From: a virus
Strand: one strand, 5' to 3'
UHGV virus genome: UHGV-0295649
Length of the DNA: 38,374 nucleotides
A program made the translations under genes and the position numbers. The notes beneath the pieces were generated by a model, which was not told the DNA's origin, did not search any database, and saw only the letters and a program-made list of their open reading frames with translations. Of this stretch, positions 25,051 through 33,187 are shown one piece after another (positions within the stretch are counted from its first letter, which is position 1; the number at the start of each line of letters is the position of its first letter).

Positions 25051-25347
25051 TTATTTGCTCTTGATTACTTCCATGTCAACTAATCTCGCTACAGCTAAAT
25101 AATGCTTGTGTTTTGCAGTCGAACGATCACACTTCATTGTATTTTCAATACGAATGATTGCTGAGTTTGACAGTATCTTTTTAACGTATCCTCTGAACGG
25201 ATAAACGAACTCTTCTGCTTCACAGCGGACCATGTCACCGACTTTGAATTTTGATTTCTTGCGTGTTTTAGGGTTCTTTGTCGGCATATCTAGCATTAAA
25301 CCGCCGATACCGTGACTGCTAGCGTAAAATCCGTCTTTTAGTTTCAT
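25051..25347 (-). CDS. hypothetical phage protein
   Basis: 98-aa ORF in the early operon. Confidence 0.5.
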   Translation of the reverse strand: MKLKDGFYASSHGIGGLMLDMPTKNPKTRKKSKFKVGDMVRCEAEEFVYPFRGYVKKILSNSAIIRIENTMKCDRSTAKHKHYLAVARLVDMEVIKSK

Positions 25348-25901
25348 CTTTCTACCACCTCTTCCACTGTTCCATTCACCAACAATGCTGCAGCATCCGC
25401 TGTTGCTTTATCAGTGAAAAGCAATCGATGAGATGGATTGCATTCAAAACTATAATTTACTCCATCTTTTCCCCATAAAGCACATTTAGTAAGATAGTTT
25501 CCATCGGCATTCTTTATTGCCCATAACGGCTCTTTCTCAACCTCGTAGCCGTTGTATAGGCTCAATAGTGTTTCATATGATTGTCTTGTTGCCCAAGCGA
25601 GTAATTCTTCTCCTTGCTCTTGCGTCACTATGCCATCTCGTACAAACCAATCACAGAAATAATATGAATCACCATCTTTAGATTTGATTAAATACGCTAT
25701 TTTTTCAGCTTTTGTAAAAGGGTCCGTAGATTTCTCAAGCCAACCGGCCACGAGTTGTGGAATAACTGGTTTCTGCGGTTCGTCTATTTTTTTCATTAAC
25801 GTAATACCTGAATTTATACTCTCGTTATAGCAAGCAGCTATTGCATCATTTCCTATCGCTTTAATACTTTCTAACTTTTTGATTGCTTCCTGTTTATTCA
25901 T
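25344..25901 (-). CDS. hypothetical phage protein (DUF1642-like?)
   Basis: 185 aa, early operon. Confidence 0.5.
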   Translation of the reverse strand: MNKQEAIKKLESIKAIGNDAIAACYNESINSGITLMKKIDEPQKPVIPQLVAGWLEKSTDPFTKAEKIAYLIKSKDGDSYYFCDWFVRDGIVTQEQGEELLAWATRQSYETLLSLYNGYEVEKEPLWAIKNADGNYLTKCALWGKDGVNYSFECNPSHRLLFTDKATADAAALLVNGTVEEVVER

Positions 25902-26317
25902 CGCTGTTCCTCCAATAACTCGCTATTCTCGTATATATTTCCGGTGACTTCGTACGTGTATTCTTCAAACAGCTCTGTGTTAAAAATTTGATACTCTAAG
26001 TCTTCATCAACAGTGGCACAAACTAATCCGGAATAATCTATTGAATTTTTGACAATACAGACTTTATTATCTAAGTAATCGAAGCCATTTCGCACGCTGA
26101 CTAATACTATATCCCCTTCAAATATATCCACACCATTCTTATCTTTCATTCCTGTGGATTGCATGAGGTCGATGTTTCGCACGTGATATGATTTCAATTC
26201 GGTAGGATTTATCCAATATTCAATAAAGTTTGTTTTGCCGTTTTTAGTAAAATGCAAGACGGCTACATCTCTCATTACGTTCTTTCGTTTATCCCACGCT
26301 CTAAACTTCGGTATCAT
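25898..26317 (-). CDS. YopX-family phage protein
   Basis: N-terminus MIPKFRAWDKRKNVM matches the YopX family signature. Confidence 0.7.
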   Translation of the reverse strand: MIPKFRAWDKRKNVMRDVAVLHFTKNGKTNFIEYWINPTELKSYHVRNIDLMQSTGMKDKNGVDIFEGDIVLVSVRNGFDYLDNKVCIVKNSIDYSGLVCATVDEDLEYQIFNTELFEEYTYEVTGNIYENSELLEEQR

Positions 26318-26559
26318 TCGCTGTCCTCCTCGTATTTTTCAATCAATTCCATTACTTTTTTCACTATTTCAAACTCAACCGCTTTTGATTCTTCGAAATC
26401 ATGAACAATTTCTGGAAACAGTACATCATCAACTACCCACAAAATAATCTGGCGCTTTCCACCAAAATTTATGATTAGATGGTCCGATTCCACAGATAGT
26501 GTTGCTCCTGATTCGATATCATATAAATCCATGCTGAATTGAACGAGTTTTTTTATCAT
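26314..26559 (-). CDS. hypothetical protein
   Basis: 81-aa ORF overlapping its neighbours by 4 nt. Confidence 0.45.
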   Translation of the reverse strand: MIKKLVQFSMDLYDIESGATLSVESDHLIINFGGKRQIILWVVDDVLFPEIVHDFEESKAVEFEIVKKVMELIEKYEEDSE

Positions 26560-26875
26560 TTGCTGTCCTCCTCAAATACTCTTCTAATATTTCTTTATAC
26601 TTCTCTACAAATTTGAAACGATCTTGATGAAGTTTCTTGCTCCAATTTGTTTGCCGATCCAGCTCACGCATCTGATCGAACCCTTTTTGAATTTCGTTGT
26701 AATAAAATTCAATGTTTGCTGCTGCTTTCCAATGCCTGCTACTTCGCACTCCTGCTCCTGTTTCAGCCATTTCTAACTTAACTAATTCAGCTCGTTCTTT
26801 TGATTTTTTATCTTTCTGAATCTTCATCATGATTTTCTTGAGGATGATGTCACTGTATTGTGTAATGAGATCCAT
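26519..26875 (-). CDS. hypothetical protein
   Basis: 118 aa. Confidence 0.45.
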   Translation of the reverse strand: MDLITQYSDIILKKIMMKIQKDKKSKERAELVKLEMAETGAGVRSSRHWKAAANIEFYYNEIQKGFDQMRELDRQTNWSKKLHQDRFKFVEKYKEILEEYLRRTANDKKTRSIQHGFI

Positions 26876-27180
26876 TATCTCTCCTCCACATACCTAAACT
26901 GTCGTCCTTTTGAATCAATCCATAAGCTCCTAGCTCTATCCCAGATAATGTTTTTGCTTAATCCAGTAATTTCAGATAACTGTTCAGCAGTACCTGTTAC
27001 TAAAATTCGGTCATCATGCCAGATTGCAATTTTTCTCGGCGTTCTCCGTTTGGGCTTTTCAGTCCACATTGATTTACCGAGCTTTTGGACTTCTGCAACT
27101 ATTTCTTTGTCTTCTTGCCAAGATTCTGACTTGGTTAATTCAGCAATTCTTTTCATTGCTGCTTTCTTATCCACGCTCAT
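26875..27180 (-). CDS. paralog A of a duplicated HTH-like early protein
   Basis: About 50% identical to 27335-27637: KKAAM.RI.ELT.SE.WQ.DKE...RKIAIWH.D..LV.GTAEQL...TGL. Confidence 0.55.
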   Translation of the reverse strand: MSVDKKAAMKRIAELTKSESWQEDKEIVAEVQKLGKSMWTEKPKRRTPRKIAIWHDDRILVTGTAEQLSEITGLSKNIIWDRARSLWIDSKGRQFRYVEER

Positions 27181-27338
27181 TCCTCCAATCGATGGATTTC
27201 CCTTCTTAAATTCTCTATGTGCAAATCGATTGCCTTTCTCGCCGTTTCATTGACCATCACTGCCTTTGTTCGTTCCAGATCGTCAATCTCACGCTGAAGG
27301 CTTCGAATACGCATTTGAATCACTTCTTCTGTTGTCAT
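27177..27338 (-). CDS. small coiled-coil protein (53 aa; not in the ORF track) between the paralogs
   Basis: MTTEEVIQMRIRSLQREIDDLERTKAVMVNETARKAIDLHIENLRREIHRLEE. RBS GGAGGAATCATC. Stop overlaps the next start (ATGA). Confidence 0.45.
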   Translation of the reverse strand: MTTEEVIQMRIRSLQREIDDLERTKAVMVNETARKAIDLHIENLRREIHRLEE

Positions 27339-27637
27339 GATGATTCCTCCACGTATCTAAACGTTCTCTTCTTAGCGTCTGTGTAGCCACACCTTGCTCT
27401 TTTCCTCACGATTTTCTCGTGCAAGCCTGTGAGACTTGCTAACTGTTCAGCTGTCCCTATCACTAGAAGTTTGTCACCGTGCCAAATTGCGATTTTTCGT
27501 GGTCTTGGCTTGTTGCTCTTGTCTGCCCACATCGCTCTTCCAAGCCTCATCACTTCTGAAGCAGCTTCTTTGTCATTTTGCCAATCTTCTGAATAAGTCA
27601 ATTCGATAATTCGCTGCATTGCCGCTTTCTTATCCAT
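27335..27637 (-). CDS. paralog B of the duplicated HTH-like early protein
   Basis: See 26875-27180. Confidence 0.55.
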   Translation of the reverse strand: MDKKAAMQRIIELTYSEDWQNDKEAASEVMRLGRAMWADKSNKPRPRKIAIWHGDKLLVIGTAEQLASLTGLHEKIVRKRARCGYTDAKKRTFRYVEESS

Positions 27638-27854
27638 CCCGACATTCTCCTTTCAGTAATTTGAGTACTTGATCAAGTGCGCTCTCACGTCCGCCATGGA
27701 ACGTGTTGAGCCACTTGTCTTCGTACGATACACTTTGTCTTAAAGCTTCTTGATGCATTAGTTCAATCTGTGCTGTAAATGTCTTTAGGTCCATCTGATT
27801 ACACCTGCTCAAGTTCATTAAGATGTTTTTGCAAGCCTTTAACACAATCAACAA
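27630..27854 (-). CDS. hypothetical protein
   Basis: 74 aa. Confidence 0.4.
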   Translation of the reverse strand: MLIVLKACKNILMNLSRCNQMDLKTFTAQIELMHQEALRQSVSYEDKWLNTFHGGRESALDQVLKLLKGECRDG

Positions 27855-28068
27855 ATAGTAATTTGGTATATGCTAAATTTCTTAATTGTGTTGTATCGAT
27901 ATAAAGTGCGAAATAGTATCTGAGCTTACTCCAACTCGAACGATCATTCTTAATTCCTTCAATTCCAGCTTCTTCGAGTTGATCATATACGTCTCTCAGG
28001 ACGTCTAATTCCTCGCCCTTTTTATAATTCGCTATTTCATTAATTAGTTCTAGATAATCGATCTTCAT
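27799..28068 (-). CDS. hypothetical protein
   Basis: 89 aa. Confidence 0.4.
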   Translation of the reverse strand: MKIDYLELINEIANYKKGEELDVLRDVYDQLEEAGIEGIKNDRSSWSKLRYYFALYIDTTQLRNLAYTKLLFVDCVKGLQKHLNELEQV

Positions 28069-28079
28069 TTTTCCACCTC

Positions 28080-28907
28080 TTAGAATGGTGCTTTTGATTG
28101 TCTATTAGCTCGTTCTAGCGCTTTTTTCTTGAGATAGGCTTCTTGGTCGATTGCCCATTCAGGAAGCTTCTCTCGTCTTCCTGTGCGCTTGTATCCACTG
28201 CTTGCGTTCTTAGGTTCACTTTTTTCTTTCCTTGCCCAACTTCGAATAGTTGCCAAATAGTTTTTATAAGTCTTACCAGATGATTCACAATACTCTGACA
28301 GTCGTTCGATTCGCTCTTGGTAATCATTAGGGAATTCTGTTTTGAGTTTCTCCATCTGCTCATCTGACAAAAGAACATTTTTATACTCTCCGTATTTATG
28401 ACGGATGGGCTTAGCCTTCGATTTTTTCGAAGGCGTTAAATCTTTTATCTCTTTACTATCCTTACCTAACCTATCCTTACCTAACCTAACCTGTGTATCC
28501 ATTTGGTATACCGCTTGGTTGTCATCTGGTATACCAAGTTTTTCATCATGTTTAGAAAGCTCTTCTGCAAATGTATAAGCTTTGTTATCTTTGTCTGCTA
28601 GTAAAGCTTTTTCATCCTGATATAACGTGGGTTTGTAACGATCATTACGAATATAGTTGTGTATTTTCCAATGCTTAATGACGATCACACCGCTCTCGAA
28701 AACTAAGATGAATCTTTTTGCCATAAGCAGTTTTAAATCATCATCACCACAACCAACCATACGTTGTATTTTTTTGGGATTATTAATAAATCCATCATCA
28801 TCTGCGCGCATTGATAGATGGAAATATAATGCCTGTGTCGATAAAGGCATATCTAGGAATGCATCAGAATCAATAATTGTCTTTGCGAACATTCTTCTTT
28901 CTGCCAA
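28080..28907 (-). CDS. phage replisome organizer / replication initiator (DnaD-like)
   Basis: N-terminus MAERRMFAKTIIDSDAFLDMPLSTQALYFHLSMRADDDGF matches the replisome-organizer N-terminal domain. Iterons are embedded in the gene. Confidence 0.7.
   Translation of the reverse strand: MAERRMFAKTIIDSDAFLDMPLSTQALYFHLSMRADDDGFINNPKKIQRMVGCGDDDLKLLMAKRFILVFESGVIVIKHWKIHNYIRNDRYKPTLYQDEKALLADKDNKAYTFAEELSKHDEKLGIPDDNQAVYQMDTQVRLGKDRLGKDSKEIKDLTPSKKSKAKPIRHKYGEYKNVLLSDEQMEKLKTEFPNDYQERIERLSEYCESSGKTYKNYLATIRSWARKEKSEPKNASSGYKRTGRREKLPEWAIDQEAYLKKKALERANRQSKAPF
28458..28493. repeat. iterons: ATCCTTACCTAACCT x2 plus a partial copy, inside the replication gene (candidate phage ori)
   Basis: Perfect 15-bp tandem repeat read directly. 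Encodes RLGKDRLGKD. Confidence 0.6.
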
Positions 28908-28909
28908 AA

Positions 28910-29140
28910 TTATTCCTCCTCATCCACGACGATAATCGTGTACTGGTAACAAGTCTCTGTAATTCCATTAACTAATCTATTCGTCTTAATTTTTTCAACA
29001 CTAATATCGCTTTGTTCAGCTTGTGTACCAATGAAAGCAAATGTCATGATTTCTAAGAACAATTTGTCTCTTGGACTCATTTTTTTATACTTAGTGCGCC
29101 ATGTTTGTGCAAACGCTACTGCGTTTAAATTAATCATCAT
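28910..29140 (-). CDS. hypothetical protein
   Basis: 76 aa. Confidence 0.4.
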   Translation of the reverse strand: MMINLNAVAFAQTWRTKYKKMSPRDKLFLEIMTFAFIGTQAEQSDISVEKIKTNRLVNGITETCYQYTIIVVDEEE

Positions 29141-29826
29141 TAGCCCCCGATTCTTAATTTCTTGATTGTCTCCTGGTTTAACTTAATCCCTTTGATTTGA
29201 TATTTATTTTTAAAATTGATCACACCTATTTTGTGCTTCTCCGTGTGATGGATTCTGCAGAGTGCTGCAAATGTGTACTCTGAATGATCAACTTCTTTGC
29301 GCTTTCGTCTTCCTAGCGCTTTGTCAAAGTGATCGATATCAGCTCCTGTTTTGCCACAGATGCAGCAGACTCTTTTTGTGATGCATTTGTAGAAGTAATA
29401 CTCTTGATTCGCTGGTAAAATCTCATAACCTTCTTTGAAAGGAATATGATGTTCAAAGATAAAATCTAGGATGATATTCGCTAAGATATTGGCATCACTC
29501 ACGGTTGTGCTCGATTCGTCTTTGAGGCTTATTTCGCGCCCTGTGACACCTTCGAAACGGAAGTAGAAGAATTCCTTCCAGAAGTCCGTTGGCATGCCTG
29601 TATCGATGAAAATATCGCCTATGAGCGCATAGATGAAGTTTCGTTGCTGTACAGTGAAACGTCTAGGATCAATAAAACGAATTTCAATGACTCGATCGCC
29701 ATCGTAGCCGTCATACATCGTCTTTAGTCGATCAATGTTCACTTCTTCATTGATCGTTGCACCTATGTCGTTTCCTTTGAACTTTTTCAGAACCGCTGAA
29801 TATGAATCGATTAATGGTTTAAACAC
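29140..29826 (-). CDS. HNH-nuclease-domain protein
   Basis: C-terminal CCICGKTGADIDHFD...EVDH...CRIHHTEKH is a CxxC...DH...CxxHH HNH motif. Confidence 0.5.
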   Translation of the reverse strand: MFKPLIDSYSAVLKKFKGNDIGATINEEVNIDRLKTMYDGYDGDRVIEIRFIDPRRFTVQQRNFIYALIGDIFIDTGMPTDFWKEFFYFRFEGVTGREISLKDESSTTVSDANILANIILDFIFEHHIPFKEGYEILPANQEYYFYKCITKRVCCICGKTGADIDHFDKALGRRKRKEVDHSEYTFAALCRIHHTEKHKIGVINFKNKYQIKGIKLNQETIKKLRIGG

Positions 29827-29831
29827 TCATA

Positions 29832-30563
29832 TCACTTCTTATCTAATTCTTTTCTCTTAGCTGCTATTGCTCGCTCCATCAAGGCACATTGCTCATAGCT
29901 TAACTGTTCAATAGTTTCAACGTTATCAGCTAAGAGCCCTAATTTATCTGTCTGCTCATTAACATATTCGATTAAGGTTTTGGTCATATCTTTACCCATC
30001 TGCTCATTGAAAGCTTCTAGAATCGTCTCTAGCATGTTTAATTTCTTTGTATCGATTCTAGGTGGTGTTGGAATATCTTCCCCTTGAAATACATATAATC
30101 CCAGTCCGTGTAGAGCCAATGCTTTCACAAAGCATCGCTTCAATGAGTTATTGATTTGCATAGCATTTGGCTTAACAACTGGTTGGTTTCGATAATCTAA
30201 AACAGGAAATAATTCGGTTTCCGTGTGTCCTTTAACCGTTACTGAGACAGATACATAAGTCCCAGTTTCATCCATAAGAAAAGGTTTATATTCCTCAACA
30301 AGAAAGTCTTGATGAGTTCCAGAAACAACTCTGTAGTGTTTATACTCATTAATAGTTACCGTTGCCTGTGGATCATTCTTTTTCATAATCTCCCATGCGT
30401 GAGCCCAAGATAAATAATCAAAATTTCCTTTTTTCTTGAGTATTTTATTTAACTTGCGACTAAAAAGTTTTTCAAAAGTCGTTGTCCCTTTGTTTTCACT
30501 CATCAAATTCTGCCTCCATTTCAGCAATGTATTTCTTACCTGATCCGTAATAAGAGATATCAA
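29832..30563 (-). CDS. putative single-strand annealing protein (Sak/Rad52-like)
   Basis: 243 aa in the replication/recombination module. YLSWAHAWEIMKK-type motif recalled from DUF1071/Sak proteins. Uncertain. Confidence 0.4.
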   Translation of the reverse strand: MISLITDQVRNTLLKWRQNLMSENKGTTTFEKLFSRKLNKILKKKGNFDYLSWAHAWEIMKKNDPQATVTINEYKHYRVVSGTHQDFLVEEYKPFLMDETGTYVSVSVTVKGHTETELFPVLDYRNQPVVKPNAMQINNSLKRCFVKALALHGLGLYVFQGEDIPTPPRIDTKKLNMLETILEAFNEQMGKDMTKTLIEYVNEQTDKLGLLADNVETIEQLSYEQCALMERAIAAKRKELDKK

Positions 30564-30837
30564 TCAAGTTATCTCTGTCATACTCTTCTAGCGCATCAAT
30601 CAAGCCATCTTCGATGACATAGATATATTCAGGTTTTTTGGACTTCCTCGATAAATGGATAAGATAGACATGATCCCAAATACTCACAAAATTTCCCAAG
30701 TCATCTTGATCACATGATAGTTCTTCATCCGTCAAGAGATTTCGTCTGATTTTTCGATTGTTTGTTTCCTTGATATTTGATTTGCCCCAACTAGGATCAG
30801 TCAAATATTGATCTAGAGTGGAAAGTTCATTTTCCAT
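30496..30837 (-). CDS. hypothetical acidic protein
   Basis: 113 aa. Confidence 0.45.
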   Translation of the reverse strand: MENELSTLDQYLTDPSWGKSNIKETNNRKIRRNLLTDEELSCDQDDLGNFVSIWDHVYLIHLSRKSKKPEYIYVIEDGLIDALEEYDRDNLIDISYYGSGKKYIAEMEAEFDE

Positions 30838-31014
30838 GTGTTAAAATCTCCTTATGATGTGTTTTCTTTGTGACTCTTTGCTTGCCGGCGGAGTCACTTT
30901 TTTATTTGTTGCCAAGCTTTTTGCTTATCAATATGTTGTTGGCTTAGGATGTTTGGTTTATTGTGTCTCCACCAGCGATTAGCAATTACCGTCCCTATTC
31001 TTAGCGCTTCAGCT

Positions 31015-31713
31015 CTATTCATTTTCATCACCGAAAAGTCTTTGTTGTCTGTTCAGTTGATCGATTTCCATGCGGATCGCAGTTTCTGGTAACCACATTT
31101 CAATAAATGAAACAGCATCATCGAATCTTTTACGAGGTAACTCGCCATATCTTGGGATTGAAAAGGTACGTTTAAATTCAGACCAAAATTTTGAGAATAC
31201 TTTTTTACTGATTTCTTCATAAGCTCGGCTTTCTTTGCCTCCTAGAACTTCCATAACTTTCATATTTCCTTTTTGCTTAATTTCAAACTCTTGTTGTCCG
31301 CTAATTCGCATAGTATTTTTAAGCATGGAAACATCTTTTTTAACATCTTTCATTTCTTCTAGTTGGTAGATCATCATGTCTTCAATTGTTTGAGGAACAG
31401 TATTCTTGCGAATAACATCTTCCATTTCGTTGAATGCTTCAATGTATTTTTGTTTGAAGTAAATAGCTTTCTTTCCTGTAAAACCCATAGCCAACAAGAA
31501 AAAACCATCTCTACTAATGAAAAAAACTCGTCGATTTCTGCCGTATGAATCTGGTTCATTACCTTCTACAAACATCTGTCCAAAATTGGACACATCTTTT
31601 TTTAGTGCATCAATATCTCTTAAAACATGTTGATGTTTTTTCTCAAAGCTTTCTGCCACTTGTAAGCTCGTAGTCACAGCTTCTTTATTTTTCAAAATTA
31701 CTAATTCTTGCAT
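31015..31713 (-). CDS. Rha-family phage regulatory protein / antirepressor
   Basis: Start MQELVILKNKEAVTTSLQVAESFEKKHQHVLRDI with RBS AAGGAGAG. pRha-like N-terminal domain. The N-terminal 31 residues of the tracked ORF look spurious. Confidence 0.65.
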   Translation of the reverse strand: MQELVILKNKEAVTTSLQVAESFEKKHQHVLRDIDALKKDVSNFGQMFVEGNEPDSYGRNRRVFFISRDGFFLLAMGFTGKKAIYFKQKYIEAFNEMEDVIRKNTVPQTIEDMMIYQLEEMKDVKKDVSMLKNTMRISGQQEFEIKQKGNMKVMEVLGGKESRAYEEISKKVFSKFWSEFKRTFSIPRYGELPRKRFDDAVSFIEMWLPETAIRMEIDQLNRQQRLFGDENE

Positions 31714-31728
31714 TTTTTCTTCTCTCCT

Positions 31729-31739
31729 TTTGGTATAAT
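31729..31739 (+). promoter_or_regulatory. extended -10 promoter TGGTATAAT for the plus-strand membrane-protein gene
   Basis: TTTTGGTATAATTT read directly. Overlaps the RBS region of the divergent Rha gene. Confidence 0.5.
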
Positions 31740-31751
31740 TTAGGTAAAAAA

Positions 31752-32330
31752 ATGGTGGTGTTTTCAATGAACTACATTTTGTATGTGCTTCTAGTTGTTT
31801 ATGCAATAATTTATATTAAGCAAATTGTTAATGCAGTGTCTGAAATAACAACGATTAACTATTTACTTACTACAATTGAGAAAGTGATAAATGACCTCAA
31901 ACGATTAAATGACCATAGTGGTAGCTATAAATCTGATCCTTACTTTCAAAATAATGTGACGCCTATTAGAGAAATAATGGTTAAGGAAATGCCCAGAATT
32001 AACAAAGTTCTGCCTTATAGCCTTGTAACGCTTTCCTTGAATCAATCAGATGATATTCTTGAAGAAAATTTTAGAATTATCGCTTCTCAAATTTTTGACA
32101 AAAACAACGAAATTCATTATCGAAAATTCTGGTTTTTAAATCCGTTGATTGCTCTTAAGAAATTTTTTCTCTTACCCAGCGAAATACTTAGTTGGTTCGG
32201 CATTAATCTATCAACTTTTCCAGGAAGAATTTTTAGTCTTGTAATTTGGGTAACATCGTTATTTGCCCAAGAAACAATTTCTCAAATTCTATCTTTCGTA
32301 ATTACCCATTTTTTCAAAGGTCAGAAATAA
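31752..32330 (+). CDS. opposite-strand membrane protein (N-terminal TM plus C-terminal TM hairpin), moron / candidate exclusion or abortive-infection factor
   Basis: 192 aa with hydrophobic N-terminus MNYILYVLLVVYAIIYI and C-terminus. Own promoter. Embedded antisense within the minus-strand early operon. Confidence 0.6.
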   Translation: MVVFSMNYILYVLLVVYAIIYIKQIVNAVSEITTINYLLTTIEKVINDLKRLNDHSGSYKSDPYFQNNVTPIREIMVKEMPRINKVLPYSLVTLSLNQSDDILEENFRIIASQIFDKNNEIHYRKFWFLNPLIALKKFFLLPSEILSWFGINLSTFPGRIFSLVIWVTSLFAQETISQILSFVITHFFKGQK

Positions 32331-32453
32331 AGCTGATTGAACCAACAATCGGTCCGACATCGATATGTCGTTTAATATAGTTAAAAAGAATAGTTGCGAT
32401 ACAACAATCGTGATGATAGTTAATAGCGTTAGAGATATTTTTTTGTTTCTCAT
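32289..32453 (-). CDS. small TM peptide (54 aa; not in the ORF track) overlapping the 3' end of the plus-strand membrane gene in antisense
   Basis: MRNKKISLTLLTIITIVVSQLFFLTILNDISMSDRLLVQSALFLTFEKMGNYER. RBS GGGAGGG. ATGA-coupled to the upstream gene. Confidence 0.45.
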   Translation of the reverse strand: MRNKKISLTLLTIITIVVSQLFFLTILNDISMSDRLLVQSALFLTFEKMGNYER

Positions 32454-32629
32454 CTAGTCAGTCCCTCCCGACTGGCTTTTTTTGCTCTGTACTCAGCTTC
32501 ATCAAGCCCCATAAAAATCCAAACCATGTAAACGATCGTGCCGATTAATGCTTGTCTGCTTCCCCAAAGTCCTAAAGCGTAGATGATTAGGGGTGCGCTG
32601 AACACTAATGCTCTATTAAATTTTCCCAT
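32450..32629 (-). CDS. small TM protein (59 aa; not in the ORF track)
   Basis: MGKFNRALVFSAPLIIYALGLWGSRQALIGTIVYMVWIFMGLDEAEYRAKKASREGLTR. Strong RBS AAGGAGGTAAG. Confidence 0.5.
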   Translation of the reverse strand: MGKFNRALVFSAPLIIYALGLWGSRQALIGTIVYMVWIFMGLDEAEYRAKKASREGLTR

Positions 32630-32633
32630 CCGC

Positions 32634-32954
32634 TTACCTCCTTAAGATTTCCGAAAAATTTGTTTCTAAAAATTCAAGTGTTTTACTTCTTAAAAATAGA
32701 TATGTGTCTCTTCCTTCAACTGGATAATAGACAAATCCATTTTTGTTTTTTTCGATATCGATAATATTTCTATATCTTGGGTTCTTTAAAACTCTAGAAG
32801 TAAACCAATCATATTTTCTGTTAATCCGTTCTAGTACTTCTGGCAACGTCATCCATCTACCAGTATCATCAGCTTTTTTTAACTCCTCATAATCCACTTG
32901 GGAGATAATTACATAGCCTTCTGGAACTGGGATTTTCGCTTCTAGATATTGCAT
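32634..32954 (-). CDS. hypothetical early protein
   Basis: 106 aa. Confidence 0.5.
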   Translation of the reverse strand: MQYLEAKIPVPEGYVIISQVDYEELKKADDTGRWMTLPEVLERINRKYDWFTSRVLKNPRYRNIIDIEKNKNGFVYYPVEGRDTYLFLRSKTLEFLETNFSEILRR

Positions 32955-32969
32955 TAGCTGTTCCTCCCT

Positions 32970-33173
32970 TTACAATTCGTACATAGTAATAATCGAATCT
33001 ATGATTCTATTTGCTTCTGCAGAAGTCTTTTTACCGTTTAAAATTAAAGATAAGTAGCTTTTGCTAATGCCGAATCTTTCAGCGAGCATGGTGTAAGTTA
33101 AGAACTTTGAACTTTCGACATATTCTTTGATTTTTTCTCTATCTCGTTGAGTGATTTCTGCAATGTCAGTCAT
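32970..33173 (-). CDS. small HTH DNA-binding protein (67 aa)
   Basis: Internal start MTDIAEITQRDREKIKEY... with RBS GAAAGGAG. Segment FLTYTMLAERFGISKSYLSLILNGK is a helix-turn-helix. Confidence 0.55.
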   Translation of the reverse strand: MTDIAEITQRDREKIKEYVESSKFLTYTMLAERFGISKSYLSLILNGKKTSAEANRIIDSIITMYEL

Positions 33174-33187
33174 ACTAAAACTCCTTT

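Noticed and set aside
31714-31806. N-terminal extension of the Rha ORF (MHKQLEAHTKCSSLKTPPFFYLNYTKRREEK)
   Set aside because: The internal ATG at 31713 has a strong SD (AAGGAGAG). The extension would run through the divergent plus-strand promoter.
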